64,000 nt of DNA, from positions 800,001-864,000 of the forward strand of contig CAVYTU010000015.1 in assembly GCA_963771465.1 (NCBI GenBank). Direction: 5' to 3'. The stretch is from an uncultured delta proteobacterium. Its GTDB lineage: Bacteria; Desulfobacterota; Binatia; UBA9968. The position numbers and the translations under genes are program-made. Positions 1 through 10,475 of this stretch are shown here, piece by piece. Within the stretch, counting starts at the first letter, position 1, and every line of letters begins with the position of its first letter. The notes below the pieces were generated by a model. That model was not told the DNA's origin and searched no databases. It worked only from the letters and a program-made list of their open reading frames with translations.

Positions 1-797
1 TTTCGCAATCTGTACGACCGATTCATTCCCGAATGGCGGCGCGATAATTTCTATTTGCGCTATGCGATTAAAATCCCCCTCGCCGACGTGCAACGGGCTC
101 ATGTGCTCGCCAAACGCGAAATGTTGGCCCAGATCGCCCAGCGGACGAAAGCGCATCTCGCTGAAAATGTCCTGACGATTTGTTTTGCCCGGCGCGCGGC
201 CGGCTATAAGCGAGCCGATTTGTTGTTTACCGACCTTGAGCGGCTGCGATCGATCGCCGAGGAAGCCGGGCCATTTCAGGTTATCTATAGCGGTAAGGCG
301 CACCCCCACGATGAAGCGGGAAAAGCGATGATCCGGCGCATTTTCGAATTTTCTGAAAAACTGAAAGGCGTGCTGCGCGTCGTCTACTTGGAAAATTATG
401 ATATGGATCTGGCCCGCGCCCTCTGCGCCGGCGTCGATCTGTGGTTGAACACGCCTGAAAGACCTCTGGAAGCCTCCGGCACCAGCGGCATGAAGGCCGC
501 GCTCAATGGCGTGCCGAGCCTCAGCGTTTTAGATGGTTGGTGGATCGAGGGCCACGTCGAGGGCGTGACCGGTTGGGCGATCGGCGCAAACGACGGCGGG
601 CCAAACCGATACGCTGGCCGAGGCTAATTCGCTCTACGACAAATTGGAAGATGTCATTCTGCCGCTTATATTACGCCAAGCCGGAAGCCTACACAGAAAT
701 CCGGCGCTCGGCGATCGCGTTGAACGGCTCGTTCTTTCACACCCAGCGCATGGTGCTGCAATACGTGCGCAACGCCTACAACGGTGTCGAACCCTGA
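1..797 (+). CDS. glgP: Alpha-glucan (glycogen/starch) phosphorylase, C-terminal part; 5' end outside window; two apparent +1 frameshifts (~600, ~668)
   Basis: Frame open from base 1 ([12 protein letters not shown]...); motifs [32 protein letters not shown] (PLP Lys), LDGWWIEG; C-terminus continues in +1 frames ([11 protein letters not shown] / YYAKPEAY...[16 protein letters not shown]). Confidence 0.9.
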
Positions 798-846
798 AAG
801 GAGTCGACGATAGATCAGGATTCGACTCTAACGACATAAGCACCCG

Positions 847-2712
847 ATGCGCTATCAACCAGCACTGAAGAGCGACGACGTCGAGTCGAATTTCTCGCCG
901 ATTCACTCTGCTCTGTTTGAGATTTACCGCGAGTATCGCGAGAATTTCAGCGGCAAGGTCGCGTCCTATATTCCCGAGCTGGCCAAGGTGAATCCGGCGC
1001 TGTTCGGTATCGCGCTCGCGACCGCCGACGGCGAGATTTACGAAGTCGGCGATGCGCGCCAGTTATTTACCATCCAATCGATCTCCAAGCCCTTTGTTTA
1101 CGCCCTCGCTTTGGAAGATCACGGCGTGGAACAGGTTCTGAAAAAAATTGGCGTCGAGCCAAGCGGCGAAGCGTTTAACTCGATTGTGTTCGACGAACGG
1201 GGCAACCGGCCGTTCAATCCAATGGTCAACGCCGGCGCCATCGCCGCGACGGCGCTAATCCAGGGAGAAAACCATAAACAGCGCTTAGAGCGCCTGCTGG
1301 GAAAATTTTCCGATTTATGCGGCCGCCCGGTGCAGATCGACCACGCGGTATACCGCTCAGAGCGCGCCACCGGCCATCGCAATCGGGCCATCGGTTTCCT
1401 CGAGCTCAATGCCGGAATGATCGCCGAGCCCATCGATGAACATCTCGAGCTCTATTTCGAGCAATGCTCGATCCTGGTCAGCGCCCGCGACTTGGCCGTG
1501 ATGGCCGCCACCGTCGCCAACAACGGGGTCAATCCGTTGACCGGGGCGCGGGCGATCGAGGAATGCTACGTGAAAAACGTCCTCGCCATAATGCAGAGTT
1601 GCGGCATGTACGATTACTCCGGCGAATGGAGTTATCGTATCGGGTTACCGGCCAAAAGCGGCGTTGGCGGCGGCATTATCGCGGCGCTACCTGGCCAATT
1701 GGGTATCGGAACCTTTTCGCCGCTTCTCGACGAGCAAGGCAACAGCTGCCGGGGCATTCAAGTTTGCGAAGATATTTCCGAACGATTCAAGCTGCATATG
1801 TTCGATATCCGCTCAACCACCTCGGTCGCCGTGCGCAACACCTACCGCGGCGACGCCGTGCGCTCGAAACTTCTGCGCGGCAATACCGAGCAGGAAATAC
1901 TGAACCGCAAGACCGCGGCGATTTGCGTTTACGAATTACAGGGCAATCTTTTTTTCGCGACCATGGAGCGACTGTTGCGCCAGCTCACCGCCGATATCGA
2001 TTCGGCGGAGTATCTAATTTTTGATTTCAAGCGGGTTCTGGAAATGGATAAATGCGCGCAGACGCTGTTGGAGCAATTGAACGCCACCCTCGCCGACAAA
2101 GGCAAAAAACTCATTGTCGCTCATCTGCCGCAAACCGACTCGAAACGAATGCCAGACCCAAATGCTTGGGAAACGGTGGACATCTTTCCCGATAGCGATT
2201 CGGCTTTGGAGTGGTGCGAAACCCAGCTGATTCTCGAAGATCGTCCGCCCATGACCCGCATCGACGAGCCGGTGCCGGTTGCAGCGATGAACATCGTCGC
2301 GAGCTTGGACGCCCGAGAGATCGCCTTGCTCGAATCGGTGTTGGAAAAAAGAACCTACGCCGCCAGGGAGAAAATCATCCGCGAAGGCGAATCGGCCGAC
2401 TCGCTCTTCTTGCTCGCCGCCGGCACCGTGAGCGTTTATCTCAAACTGACAACTGGAGCGCGGGAGAAACGCTTGAGCTCCATCAGCCCCGGCTTGGCCT
2501 TTGGCGAGCTGTCGTTGCTTGACGGCCGCGCCCGCTCCGCCGATGTCGTCGCCGATGTGCCAGTGGTCTGCTACATCCTGTCCACGCAAAAACTTAATGC
2601 GCTTGCGCTTGAACACCCTCAGATCAAGCACAAGCTAATTCTCAACATCGCCAGAGAATTATCAACGCGATTGCGCCGCGCTGACGCTGAAATCCGCACC
2701 TTGGCTGAATGA
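847..2712 (+). CDS. glsA: Glutaminase A fused to STAS and cyclic-nucleotide-binding domains
   Basis: FTIQSISKPF (catalytic SxxK), EPSGEAFN, NPMVNAGAI, GMYDYSG, PAKSGVGGG; then LQGNLFFAT (STAS) and FGELSLLDGRARSADVVA (cNMP-binding). Confidence 0.92.
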   Translation: MRYQPALKSDDVESNFSPIHSALFEIYREYRENFSGKVASYIPELAKVNPALFGIALATADGEIYEVGDARQLFTIQSISKPFVYALALEDHGVEQVLKKIGVEPSGEAFNSIVFDERGNRPFNPMVNAGAIAATALIQGENHKQRLERLLGKFSDLCGRPVQIDHAVYRSERATGHRNRAIGFLELNAGMIAEPIDEHLELYFEQCSILVSARDLAVMAATVANNGVNPLTGARAIEECYVKNVLAIMQSCGMYDYSGEWSYRIGLPAKSGVGGGIIAALPGQLGIGTFSPLLDEQGNSCRGIQVCEDISERFKLHMFDIRSTTSVAVRNTYRGDAVRSKLLRGNTEQEILNRKTAAICVYELQGNLFFATMERLLRQLTADIDSAEYLIFDFKRVLEMDKCAQTLLEQLNATLADKGKKLIVAHLPQTDSKRMPDPNAWETVDIFPDSDSALEWCETQLILEDRPPMTRIDEPVPVAAMNIVASLDAREIALLESVLEKRTYAAREKIIREGESADSLFLLAAGTVSVYLKLTTGAREKRLSSISPGLAFGELSLLDGRARSADVVADVPVVCYILSTQKLNALALEHPQIKHKLILNIARELSTRLRRADAEIRTLAE

Positions 2713-2803
2713 CCGCTCAGTTTTACCCAGGAATATTTTAGGGCTGGACTTCCGCGCCAATTCTAGCCCAACAGCAAACGATTAAGCGACTCTCGGTATT
2801 GCG

Positions 2804-4132
2804 TTAAAGCCCGCCACGCAGCTCGTACACCACGTGGGCAAATTGTTTTTTGAATACTTCCGTAGACACGTTGATTTCACTGCTGGAGGCAGCCCGCGCC
2901 AATTGCTCCAAGCGTCCGGGAATTTCAAAATCTTCCCGCTCCAAGCGAATCATATACTCGCGGGCGACTTTGTATGATGGCTTAGTGATATCGACGCTGC
3001 GCACCGAAGTCTTTTTGGTCTTGGCGTCCAGGAGATTTTCAAATTTGAGATATTGCAATTCGCCATCGACGATACAAACCAGGGCGCCGTCAAAGGTTGC
3101 AGTCAGCGCAGTTGGGTTGAGCAAAAACTCGACCGCACCGTAGCCGAGAGTTTTGACGTAGTCGCAATCGAAGGCAACTGGCGGCGCACAGCGCAGCTCG
3201 TAACCAACGGTCTTATGGACGATGGTCAGATTCTGGCCCCGCGCCGCGAAGCGACGTTCAACGAAGGTCTTTAAAATATAAGCGAGATCAAGCTCCGCCA
3301 AGCGCAAATGGCCGTAGCTGTCGCGTTGGATTTGGACGCCGTCGATCGCTGTCAACTCTTGTTCCGGCATCCGTTCGAGCAAACCTTCGGCGATCAGCGC
3401 AACGCCGTCACTGCGCGCCCAAAGGGCTTGGCGCTTGAGGATTGCGCCTTCGAGAATATCGCCGATCGTTTCAAGATGGACAGGGCCGGGAAATTCCTCA
3501 GGGATCACGGCTAACGTAGCGCCCGCGGCTTTGCCGACGCCGAGCGTCAGGTGTCCCGCGGTTCGCCCCATGACGACGACGAAGTACCAGCGCCCGGTGC
3601 TGCGCGAGTCTTCCATTAAGTTATGGACGATTTCGAAACCGTACTGGCGCGCCGTTTCAAAACCAAACGTCGGCGTTTCTCCAGGCAGCGGCAGATCGTT
3701 ATCGATGGTCTTCGGCACGTGGCAGACGCGAATCTCTCCCGCCGAGGCTTTCGCCACCTGGCTCGCTGCGTACATCGTATCGTCGCCGCCGATGGTGACG
3801 AGGTAGCGAATACCGAGAGTTTTTAGTGAAGCTACGACCTGAGCCAAATCGGCGCTATTCTTCGTCGGGTTGGCGCGTGAAGTAGCGAGAATCGATCCGC
3901 CTTCGAAATGGATGCGCGAAACGTCGTCATGATCGAGTTGCTTGATGCGGTCGGTGCGCCCGGCCATCAAATGAGAAAACCCGTCATAGATGCCGACCAC
4001 CTCATGACCCCGGTTGCCGGCTTCTAACGTTACCGCACCGATGGCGCCGTTAATTCCCGGCGCCGGGCCACCACCGACGACAATGCCGACACGTTTCGAT
4101 TCAGTTGAACTAGATTCGATCGCCATGGCCAT
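2804..4132 (-). CDS. pfp: Phosphofructokinase, probably PPi-dependent
   Basis: GGGPAPGIN, GGDDT (Asp typical of PPi enzymes), PKTIDNDL, VMGRTAG, GYELRC; start set at ATG 4132 after a GAGGGG RBS. Confidence 0.88.
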   Translation of the reverse strand: MAMAIESSSTESKRVGIVVGGGPAPGINGAIGAVTLEAGNRGHEVVGIYDGFSHLMAGRTDRIKQLDHDDVSRIHFEGGSILATSRANPTKNSADLAQVVASLKTLGIRYLVTIGGDDTMYAASQVAKASAGEIRVCHVPKTIDNDLPLPGETPTFGFETARQYGFEIVHNLMEDSRSTGRWYFVVVMGRTAGHLTLGVGKAAGATLAVIPEEFPGPVHLETIGDILEGAILKRQALWARSDGVALIAEGLLERMPEQELTAIDGVQIQRDSYGHLRLAELDLAYILKTFVERRFAARGQNLTIVHKTVGYELRCAPPVAFDCDYVKTLGYGAVEFLLNPTALTATFDGALVCIVDGELQYLKFENLLDAKTKKTSVRSVDITKPSYKVAREYMIRLEREDFEIPGRLEQLARAASSSEINVSTEVFKKQFAHVVYELRGGL

Positions 4133-4215
4133 CGCTCCCCTCATGAACAGCCGTTGCAAACCGGCGCAATCAACCTTGATGCCGTCACTCGATTCTAGGT
4201 TGTTGGAACTTTACG

Positions 4216-4232
4216 CGCAATGATTATGCCAG
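4216..4232 (-). promoter_or_regulatory. Candidate sigma-54 -24/-12 promoter for pfp
   Basis: Minus strand CTGGCATAATCATTGCG matches TGGCA-N6-TTGC (GG-N10-GC) about 85 nt upstream of the start. Confidence 0.45.
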
Positions 4233-4535
4233 TCTACGAGCCCAAACTTTCGGCCATCGTCGCATAACCGTTCTCGAACGGTGCGTCGCATGACTTGCGA
4301 ATAGCCGTAGTGCTACAAAAACATGCATTCTCTGATCGATTAATTGGCACTTCCGATTCAGCGAAATGGATTCGCCATGAATCGGTTTTAAAAAGATAAT
4401 TCATCCGAGGAACAAATCTTGCTCCTATGCGCTTTGGCGCGAAGATTTTGCCGTCGCTACCATCGACGGTCGCCGCTTGATCCCGGTCGGCTCATCTTCT
4501 AGATTACATGTTCGTCCGTCGACACATTCGCTATC

Positions 4536-7500
4536 ATGTCCATCCACGTCGCGCTCCATCACGTTACCCACTACCGCTACGACCGTGTCATCAATCTTGG
4601 GCCGCAAGTTTTGCGCTTGCGGCCGGCGCCCCATTGCCGCACGCGCATCCTCAGTTATTCGCTCCAGGTTTTACCCAACGAGCACTTCATCAATTGGCAG
4701 CAAGATCCCCAGGCAAACTATTTAGCGCGCCTGGTTTTTAACCACCCGACGAACGAATTTCGCATCGGCGTCGATCTAGTCGCCGAGATGGCGGTGATCA
4801 ATCCATTCGATTTTTTTCTTGAGCCCCATGCCGAGCATTACCCCTTCGAATATGAGTCCTGGCAACGCAACGAGCTCGCGCCCTACTGCAAACGTGAACC
4901 GCTCACGCCGTTGTTTGAAAATTATTTGAATTCGGTGCCGCGGCAGAAATCCCGCAGCGTCGATTTTCTCGTTGGCTTGAACGCGCGATTGGCGCGCGAC
5001 ATCAAATATTTGATTCGTATGGAACCCGGCGTGCAAACGCCGGAGGAAACTCTCGCCAAGGGGTCGGGCTCGTGCCGCGATTCGGCGTGGCTGCTCGTGC
5101 AGCTGCTGCGCCATTTAGGATTGGCGGCGCGTTTTGTCTCCGGCTATTTGATCCAACTCACCGCCGATGTGAAATCCCTCGACGGGCCTGCCGGTCCGGC
5201 AAAAGATTTCACCGATCTGCACGCGTGGGCCGAAGTGTACTTGCCCGGCGCCGGTTGGATCGGTCTCGACGCGACGTCAGGATTGTTCGCCGGTGAAGGC
5301 CACTTGCCGCTCGCCTGCACGCCCGAGCCGGGATCGGCGTCTCCGGTAACCGGCCATGTTGACCCATGCCAAGTAGAATTTTCCCATGAAATGTCGATCA
5401 CCAGGATATGGGAAGCGCCGCGCGTCACCAAGCCCTACAGCGAGGAACAGTGGCAGGCCATCGATCGACTCGGTCAAGCCGTCGATATCGAGCTTAAGAA
5501 AAACGATGTCCGGCTAACTATGGGCGGCGAACCGACTTTTATCTCGATGGACGATTCCGAGGGCGAAGAGTGGACAACGGCAGCGCTCGGGCCAAACAAA
5601 CGACGGCTGGCAGCCGAGGTGTATCATCGCCTGCGCAGCCGCTACGGCGCTCACGGTCTGGTGCATTTTGGCCAGGGCAAATGGTATCCCGGCGAGCCGT
5701 TGCCACGCTGGTCGCTCAACTGCTTTTGGCGCGCCGACGGCGAGCCGATTTGGCGCGACCCAGCATTGATCGCCGACGAGGCTCAGCCCGGCAAGGTGAT
5801 GGCGACGACGGCTGAGGACTTTCTCCGCGCTGTCGCCCAACGGCTCGGCCTGGACCAACAACATATTTTCCCCGCCTACGAGGATCTGTTTTACTACCTA
5901 TGGCGCGAGCACCGCTTGCCGGCCAATGTCGATCCCTTCGACTCTCGGCTCGAAGATGCGCTCGAACGGCAACGGCTTATGCGTGTGCTGACTCAAGGGC
6001 TAAAACAAATCGTCGGTCACGCGCTGCCGGTGGCGCGCGACTTTGCGACCGGGCGATGGCGCAGCGGCGCTTGGTTTCTGCGCTCTGAGCATTGTTATCT
6101 GTTGCCCGGCGACTCGCCCATGGGCTACCGCCTGCCGCTCGACTCGCTGCCGTGGACCAGCGCCAACGACTACCCGGATATTTTTCCACCGGATCCAACC
6201 CAGCCGTTCCCGCCCCTTGCCACTCATGCGCAAATCCGTTTTCAGCTCGGCGCAGTGAAGTCCGCGGCTGGCGAAAGGCCTAGCGGCGGCGCGGAAAATC
6301 GCGGCCCAACCGAACGTGCGCCCGCCAAGCACGAGAGCGCGGCCTGGATTTCGCGCACGGCGCTCTGCGCCGAGCCGCGCCACGGGGTGTTGTACATTTT
6401 CATACCGCCGGTGAATTCGGTGGAAGATTATCTCGAGCTCGTTTCGGCCGTCGAAGCCAGCGCCGAAGCCTTGCGCCAGCCGATCATGTTGGAAGGCTAC
6501 GAGCCACCGCGCGACCCGCGGCTGGCCAATTTTCGCATCACCCCGGACCCGGGCGTGATCGAGGTAAATATTCATCCGTCGTCGAACTGGGATGAGCTGA
6601 GCGAGCGCACGACTTTCCTCTACGAAACGGCGCGCGCCTGTCGCTTGTCGACGGAAAAATTCATGCTCGACGGCCGCCACACCGGCACCGGCGGCGGCAA
6701 TCATTTCGCCCTCGGCGGCGCCACGCCGGCGGATTCGCCGTGGCTCCGGCGGCCGGATCTGTTGCGTAGTTTGTTGAGCTTCTGGCACAACCATCCGTCG
6801 CTGTCGTTTCTTTTCAGCGGGCTGTTTATCGGGCCGACTTCCCAGGCGCCGCGCATCGATGAAGCGCGTAGCGACTCCGTGCGCGAGCTCGAAGTGGCGT
6901 TTCGCGAGATGGAGCGGCGCGCGGACGCCAAGGATTGCCCGCCTTGGCTCATCGACCGGCTGCTGCGCAATTTGCTGATTGATGTCACCGGCAATACTCA
7001 TCGCGCCGAATTCTGCATCGACAAACTCTATTCGCCGGACAGCGCTACCGGACGTTTGGGGTTGTTAGAAATGCGCGCCTTCGAGATGCCGCCGCACGCG
7101 CGCATGAGTCTGACCCAACAGTTACTGATCCGCGCGCTGATCGCGCGTTTTTGGGAAACGCCCTACGCGCCGCCGCGTCTGGCGCGCTGGGGCACGGAAC
7201 TGCATGACCGTTTTCTGTTACCGCATTTTGTCTGGCTCGACTTCGAGGACGTGATCGCGGAATTGAATCAAGCCGGCTATAGCTTCGATCCAGCGTGGTT
7301 TGCGCCGCACTTTGAATTTCGTTTTCCTAAATACGGCGACTTCGCCGCGCGTGGCATCGAAATGGAACTGCGCGCCGCCCTTGAGCCGTGGCATGTGCTC
7401 GGTGAAGAAGGCGCCGCCGGCGGCACCGCGCGCTACGTCGACTCCTCGTTGGAAAGAATTCAAGTCAAAGTCATCGGACTACCGCCGGATCGCTACGCGA

Positions 7501-7862
7501 TCACCTGCAACGAAGTAGCGCTGCCGCTACGATCGACCGGCACCGTCGGCGAATTCGTCGCCGCCGTGCGCTATCGCGCCTGGCAGCCGCCTTCGGCCTT
7601 GCATCCCACCATCGGCGTGCACACGCCGCTAACTTTTGATATCGTCGACCGCTGGATAAAGCGCAGCCTCGGCGGCTGCCAATACCACGTCATGCACCCC
7701 GGCGGCCGCAGCTATGAGGTCTTTCCCGTCAACGCCTTCGAAGCCGAGAGCCGTCGACTCGAACGGTTTTCCCGCATCGGTCACACGCCGGGGATTATGG
7801 AAATCGACGAGGCGCGCATCGACCCGGAGTTTCCCTTCACCCTCGATTTGCGTAAAATCTAG
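4536..7862 (+). CDS. Transglutaminase-domain / DUF2126 (putative amidoligase) protein
   Basis: N-terminal HVALHHVTHYRYDR, GSCRDSAWLL, DFTDLHAWAEVYLPGAGWIGLD (Cys-His-Asp triad); C-terminal TPDPGVIEVN, GTGGGNH, HRAEFCIDK. Confidence 0.9.
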   Translation: MSIHVALHHVTHYRYDRVINLGPQVLRLRPAPHCRTRILSYSLQVLPNEHFINWQQDPQANYLARLVFNHPTNEFRIGVDLVAEMAVINPFDFFLEPHAEHYPFEYESWQRNELAPYCKREPLTPLFENYLNSVPRQKSRSVDFLVGLNARLARDIKYLIRMEPGVQTPEETLAKGSGSCRDSAWLLVQLLRHLGLAARFVSGYLIQLTADVKSLDGPAGPAKDFTDLHAWAEVYLPGAGWIGLDATSGLFAGEGHLPLACTPEPGSASPVTGHVDPCQVEFSHEMSITRIWEAPRVTKPYSEEQWQAIDRLGQAVDIELKKNDVRLTMGGEPTFISMDDSEGEEWTTAALGPNKRRLAAEVYHRLRSRYGAHGLVHFGQGKWYPGEPLPRWSLNCFWRADGEPIWRDPALIADEAQPGKVMATTAEDFLRAVAQRLGLDQQHIFPAYEDLFYYLWREHRLPANVDPFDSRLEDALERQRLMRVLTQGLKQIVGHALPVARDFATGRWRSGAWFLRSEHCYLLPGDSPMGYRLPLDSLPWTSANDYPDIFPPDPTQPFPPLATHAQIRFQLGAVKSAAGERPSGGAENRGPTERAPAKHESAAWISRTALCAEPRHGVLYIFIPPVNSVEDYLELVSAVEASAEALRQPIMLEGYEPPRDPRLANFRITPDPGVIEVNIHPSSNWDELSERTTFLYETARACRLSTEKFMLDGRHTGTGGGNHFALGGATPADSPWLRRPDLLRSLLSFWHNHPSLSFLFSGLFIGPTSQAPRIDEARSDSVRELEVAFREMERRADAKDCPPWLIDRLLRNLLIDVTGNTHRAEFCIDKLYSPDSATGRLGLLEMRAFEMPPHARMSLTQQLLIRALIARFWETPYAPPRLARWGTELHDRFLLPHFVWLDFEDVIAELNQAGYSFDPAWFAPHFEFRFPKYGDFAARGIEMELRAALEPWHVLGEEGAAGGTARYVDSSLERIQVKVIGLPPDRYAITCNEVALPLRSTGTVGEFVAAVRYRAWQPPSALHPTIGVHTPLTFDIVDRWIKRSLGGCQYHVMHPGGRSYEVFPVNAFEAESRRLERFSRIGHTPGIMEIDEARIDPEFPFTLDLRKI

Positions 7863-7961
7863 GGCGACCGCCGGGTCACTCCTACCTTCGCATGGCAAGA
7901 GCAACGGAGACCGTGCAGCGCGAGGATTATCGATCGAAACTCTAAAGCAACATTTTGGCCC

Positions 7962-10475
7962 ATGGCCCGTTCAAAAGCGTTAATGAATTATCTTCCCACG
8001 CCCGATCGTTACGACGAAGTTTTCGATCCTCAGGGACGCCCACGGGTGCATTGGGCGCGCTTGGCCCAAGCGGCGCGGCGCGCCAGCCGCACGGCGTTGT
8101 CGCGCCGCGCCGGGACGATTCGCCGTGCCGTCGAGCAGGATGGCGTGACCTACAACATTTACGGCGATCCCAAGGGAACCGACCGCCCTTGGGAAGTCGA
8201 TTTATTGCCGTTGGTGATTGCGACGGAGGAATGGCAATTTCTCGCCAAAGCCGTCGAACAGCGCGCGCGCCTGATGGATCGCCTGCTCGCCGACCTCTAC
8301 GGCGCCAATCGCCTGCTCGCCGAAGGGTTGATCCCGCCGGCGATCATTCACGGTCATCACAATTATTTATGGCCCTGCCGCGGCATCGAGCCGCCGGGCG
8401 GAACCTTCCTGCATCTCTATGCCTGCGATCTCGCCCGCTCGCCCGATGGCCGCTGGTGGGTGATCGGCGATCGCACCCAAGGTCCTTCGGGGGCGGGTTA
8501 CGCGGTACAAAACCGGCTCATCGTGACGCCCCTGTACGAAAACATTTTTCGCTCTCTCGGGGTGCAAAGATTGGCGAATTTTTTCCGCACCCTGCAACAG
8601 CAGCTTGCCGCGCTCGCGCCCACCGATGGCGAAGCGCCGCTGGTCGCCCTGCTGACGCCGGGGCCGTACAACGAAACCTATTTCGAGCATGTTTTTCTCG
8701 CCCGCTATCTGGGTTACCCGCTGGTCGAAGGATCGGACCTGACGGTGCGCGACAATCGCGTCTATCTGAAAACCTTGCAAGGTTTGAAGCGCGTGCACGC
8801 GCTGGTGCGCCGTTTGGACGACGAATACTGCGATCCAGCCGCGTTGCGCACCGATTCGACCCTCGGTGTCGCCGGCTTGATCTCGGCGGCGCGCGCCGGC
8901 AACGTGCTGCTTGCCAATGCCCTGGGCTCCGGCGTGCTGGAGTCGCCGGCGCTACTCGGCTTCTTGCCGGCCATTTGCGAGCGGATGCTCGGCGAGCCTC
9001 TGGCGTTGCCGTCGGTGGCGACCTGGTGGTGCGGCGAAGCGCCGGCGCTCAAGCATGCGATCGACCGACTTCCCGAACTGGTCATCAAACCGGCCTTCGC
9101 TTCGATGAAACTCGAACCGACTTTCGGCCATAATTTAGATAGCGCCGGGCGCGCAGCGCTGGCGGAACGAATGCGCGCGACGCCCCACGCCTTTGTCGCT
9201 CAGGAATGGGTGCGCTTGTCTCAGGCGCCCACCTGGTCGAACGAGACCCAGCAGTTCGAACCACGGGTCGTCGGCTTGCGGCTTTATGCGACCGCCAACG
9301 GCAACGGCTACGACGTCATGCCCGGTGGGCTCGCCCGCGTCGCTCCCGAGTCGGCCATCGAAGTCATCACCATGCAACGGGGCGGATCAAGCAAAGATGT
9401 TTGGGTGCTAGGCGCCGGCGCGACGCCGTGGCAATCGCTGCTGGTGCCGCGCCTCGGCGCCCGCAATCTCGTGCGCGGCGGGTTCTATTCGCCGTCGCGC
9501 GCGGTGGAAAATCTGTTCTGGATGGGGCGCTACGCCGAGCGCATCGAAAATATCGGACGCTTGTTGCGGGCCGTCGGTCAACGCCTTACCGAAAGCGATC
9601 CGGCGCATTTGCCAACGCTCAAGGTGCTGACCCTGTTATCGGATAAAGCGCGCTTGCGCGAGCCGGTCGCCAACGGCAACGCACCGCCGCCGGCGAAGAA
9701 AAAACTGCCGCTCAACGTTGGCCCGGAGTGGGTGCTAGCGGCGGTGGGCGACCCGAAGGTTCAAAATGGCATTCCCGCCAACACCGGCCGGCTGCTGTTC
9801 TGCGCCACCCAACTTCGAGAGCGCATGTCGCTCGATCATTGGCGCACTGTGCAACGGCTCGCCCATGCGCACGAGCCGGTGGCGCAAAGTCTGGAGGCAG
9901 CGTTGACCGTTCTCGATCGCGTGATTCCCGTTGCCACGGCGCTCGCCGGCTACGCCTTTGACGATATGACCCGGGATGACGCCTGGCTCTTCCTCGTCAT
10001 GGGGCGACAGTTGGAGCGCATGGCGTTTTTGAGCTCGGCGGCGACCCATGTGCTCGGGCTGCCGGACGAAGATTGCGACGCCGTGCTGGGGGCGTTATTG
10101 GAAATCGGCAACGTCAGCATGACCTATCGGGCGCGCTACCAGCGTCACCCCGAACTGCTGCCGGTTCTCGACCTCTTGGTGCTCGACGAGCAGAATCCGC
10201 ACTCGGTCTGTTTTCAGCTGGCGGCGCTCTACAACCATCTGAAACAAGTCTGGGCGCGGCTGGAATTTCGGCCGGTCAATGATCCGGCCTCGCTGTTGCA
10301 GGCGCTCAGAGGATTCGATGTCGCCGAATTGGAAAATCTGCGCATGCGCCAAGGCGAACCTCTCGCCGCGCTTTTGGCGGCTTGTGAACGCTGCGCCTAC
10401 GGACTCTCCGACGAGCTCACCCATCGCTTTTTCATCCACGCCGGCGAACGCCCACAGACGAACGTAGCAGCATGA
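7962..10475 (+). CDS. Circularly permuted ATP-grasp (type 2) ligase fused to alpha-E domain
   Basis: DLARSPDGRWWVIGDRTQGPSGAGY, LTPGPYNETYFEH, RRLDDEYCDP, MPGGLARV, GGSSKDVWV; alpha-E ENLFWMGRYAERIE and GRQLER. Confidence 0.9.
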   Translation: MARSKALMNYLPTPDRYDEVFDPQGRPRVHWARLAQAARRASRTALSRRAGTIRRAVEQDGVTYNIYGDPKGTDRPWEVDLLPLVIATEEWQFLAKAVEQRARLMDRLLADLYGANRLLAEGLIPPAIIHGHHNYLWPCRGIEPPGGTFLHLYACDLARSPDGRWWVIGDRTQGPSGAGYAVQNRLIVTPLYENIFRSLGVQRLANFFRTLQQQLAALAPTDGEAPLVALLTPGPYNETYFEHVFLARYLGYPLVEGSDLTVRDNRVYLKTLQGLKRVHALVRRLDDEYCDPAALRTDSTLGVAGLISAARAGNVLLANALGSGVLESPALLGFLPAICERMLGEPLALPSVATWWCGEAPALKHAIDRLPELVIKPAFASMKLEPTFGHNLDSAGRAALAERMRATPHAFVAQEWVRLSQAPTWSNETQQFEPRVVGLRLYATANGNGYDVMPGGLARVAPESAIEVITMQRGGSSKDVWVLGAGATPWQSLLVPRLGARNLVRGGFYSPSRAVENLFWMGRYAERIENIGRLLRAVGQRLTESDPAHLPTLKVLTLLSDKARLREPVANGNAPPPAKKKLPLNVGPEWVLAAVGDPKVQNGIPANTGRLLFCATQLRERMSLDHWRTVQRLAHAHEPVAQSLEAALTVLDRVIPVATALAGYAFDDMTRDDAWLFLVMGRQLERMAFLSSAATHVLGLPDEDCDAVLGALLEIGNVSMTYRARYQRHPELLPVLDLLVLDEQNPHSVCFQLAALYNHLKQVWARLEFRPVNDPASLLQALRGFDVAELENLRMRQGEPLAALLAACERCAYGLSDELTHRFFIHAGERPQTNVAA

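Noticed and set aside
6000-7001. Long antisense ORFs (also 52926-53885, 45157-45798, 50707-51567)
   Set aside because: They overlap well-supported genes and show no family motifs; expected from GC codon bias
7955-9133. 392-aa alternative-frame ORF overlapping the ATP-grasp gene
   Set aside because: Arg/Pro-rich shadow ORF typical of high-GC DNA; no motifs
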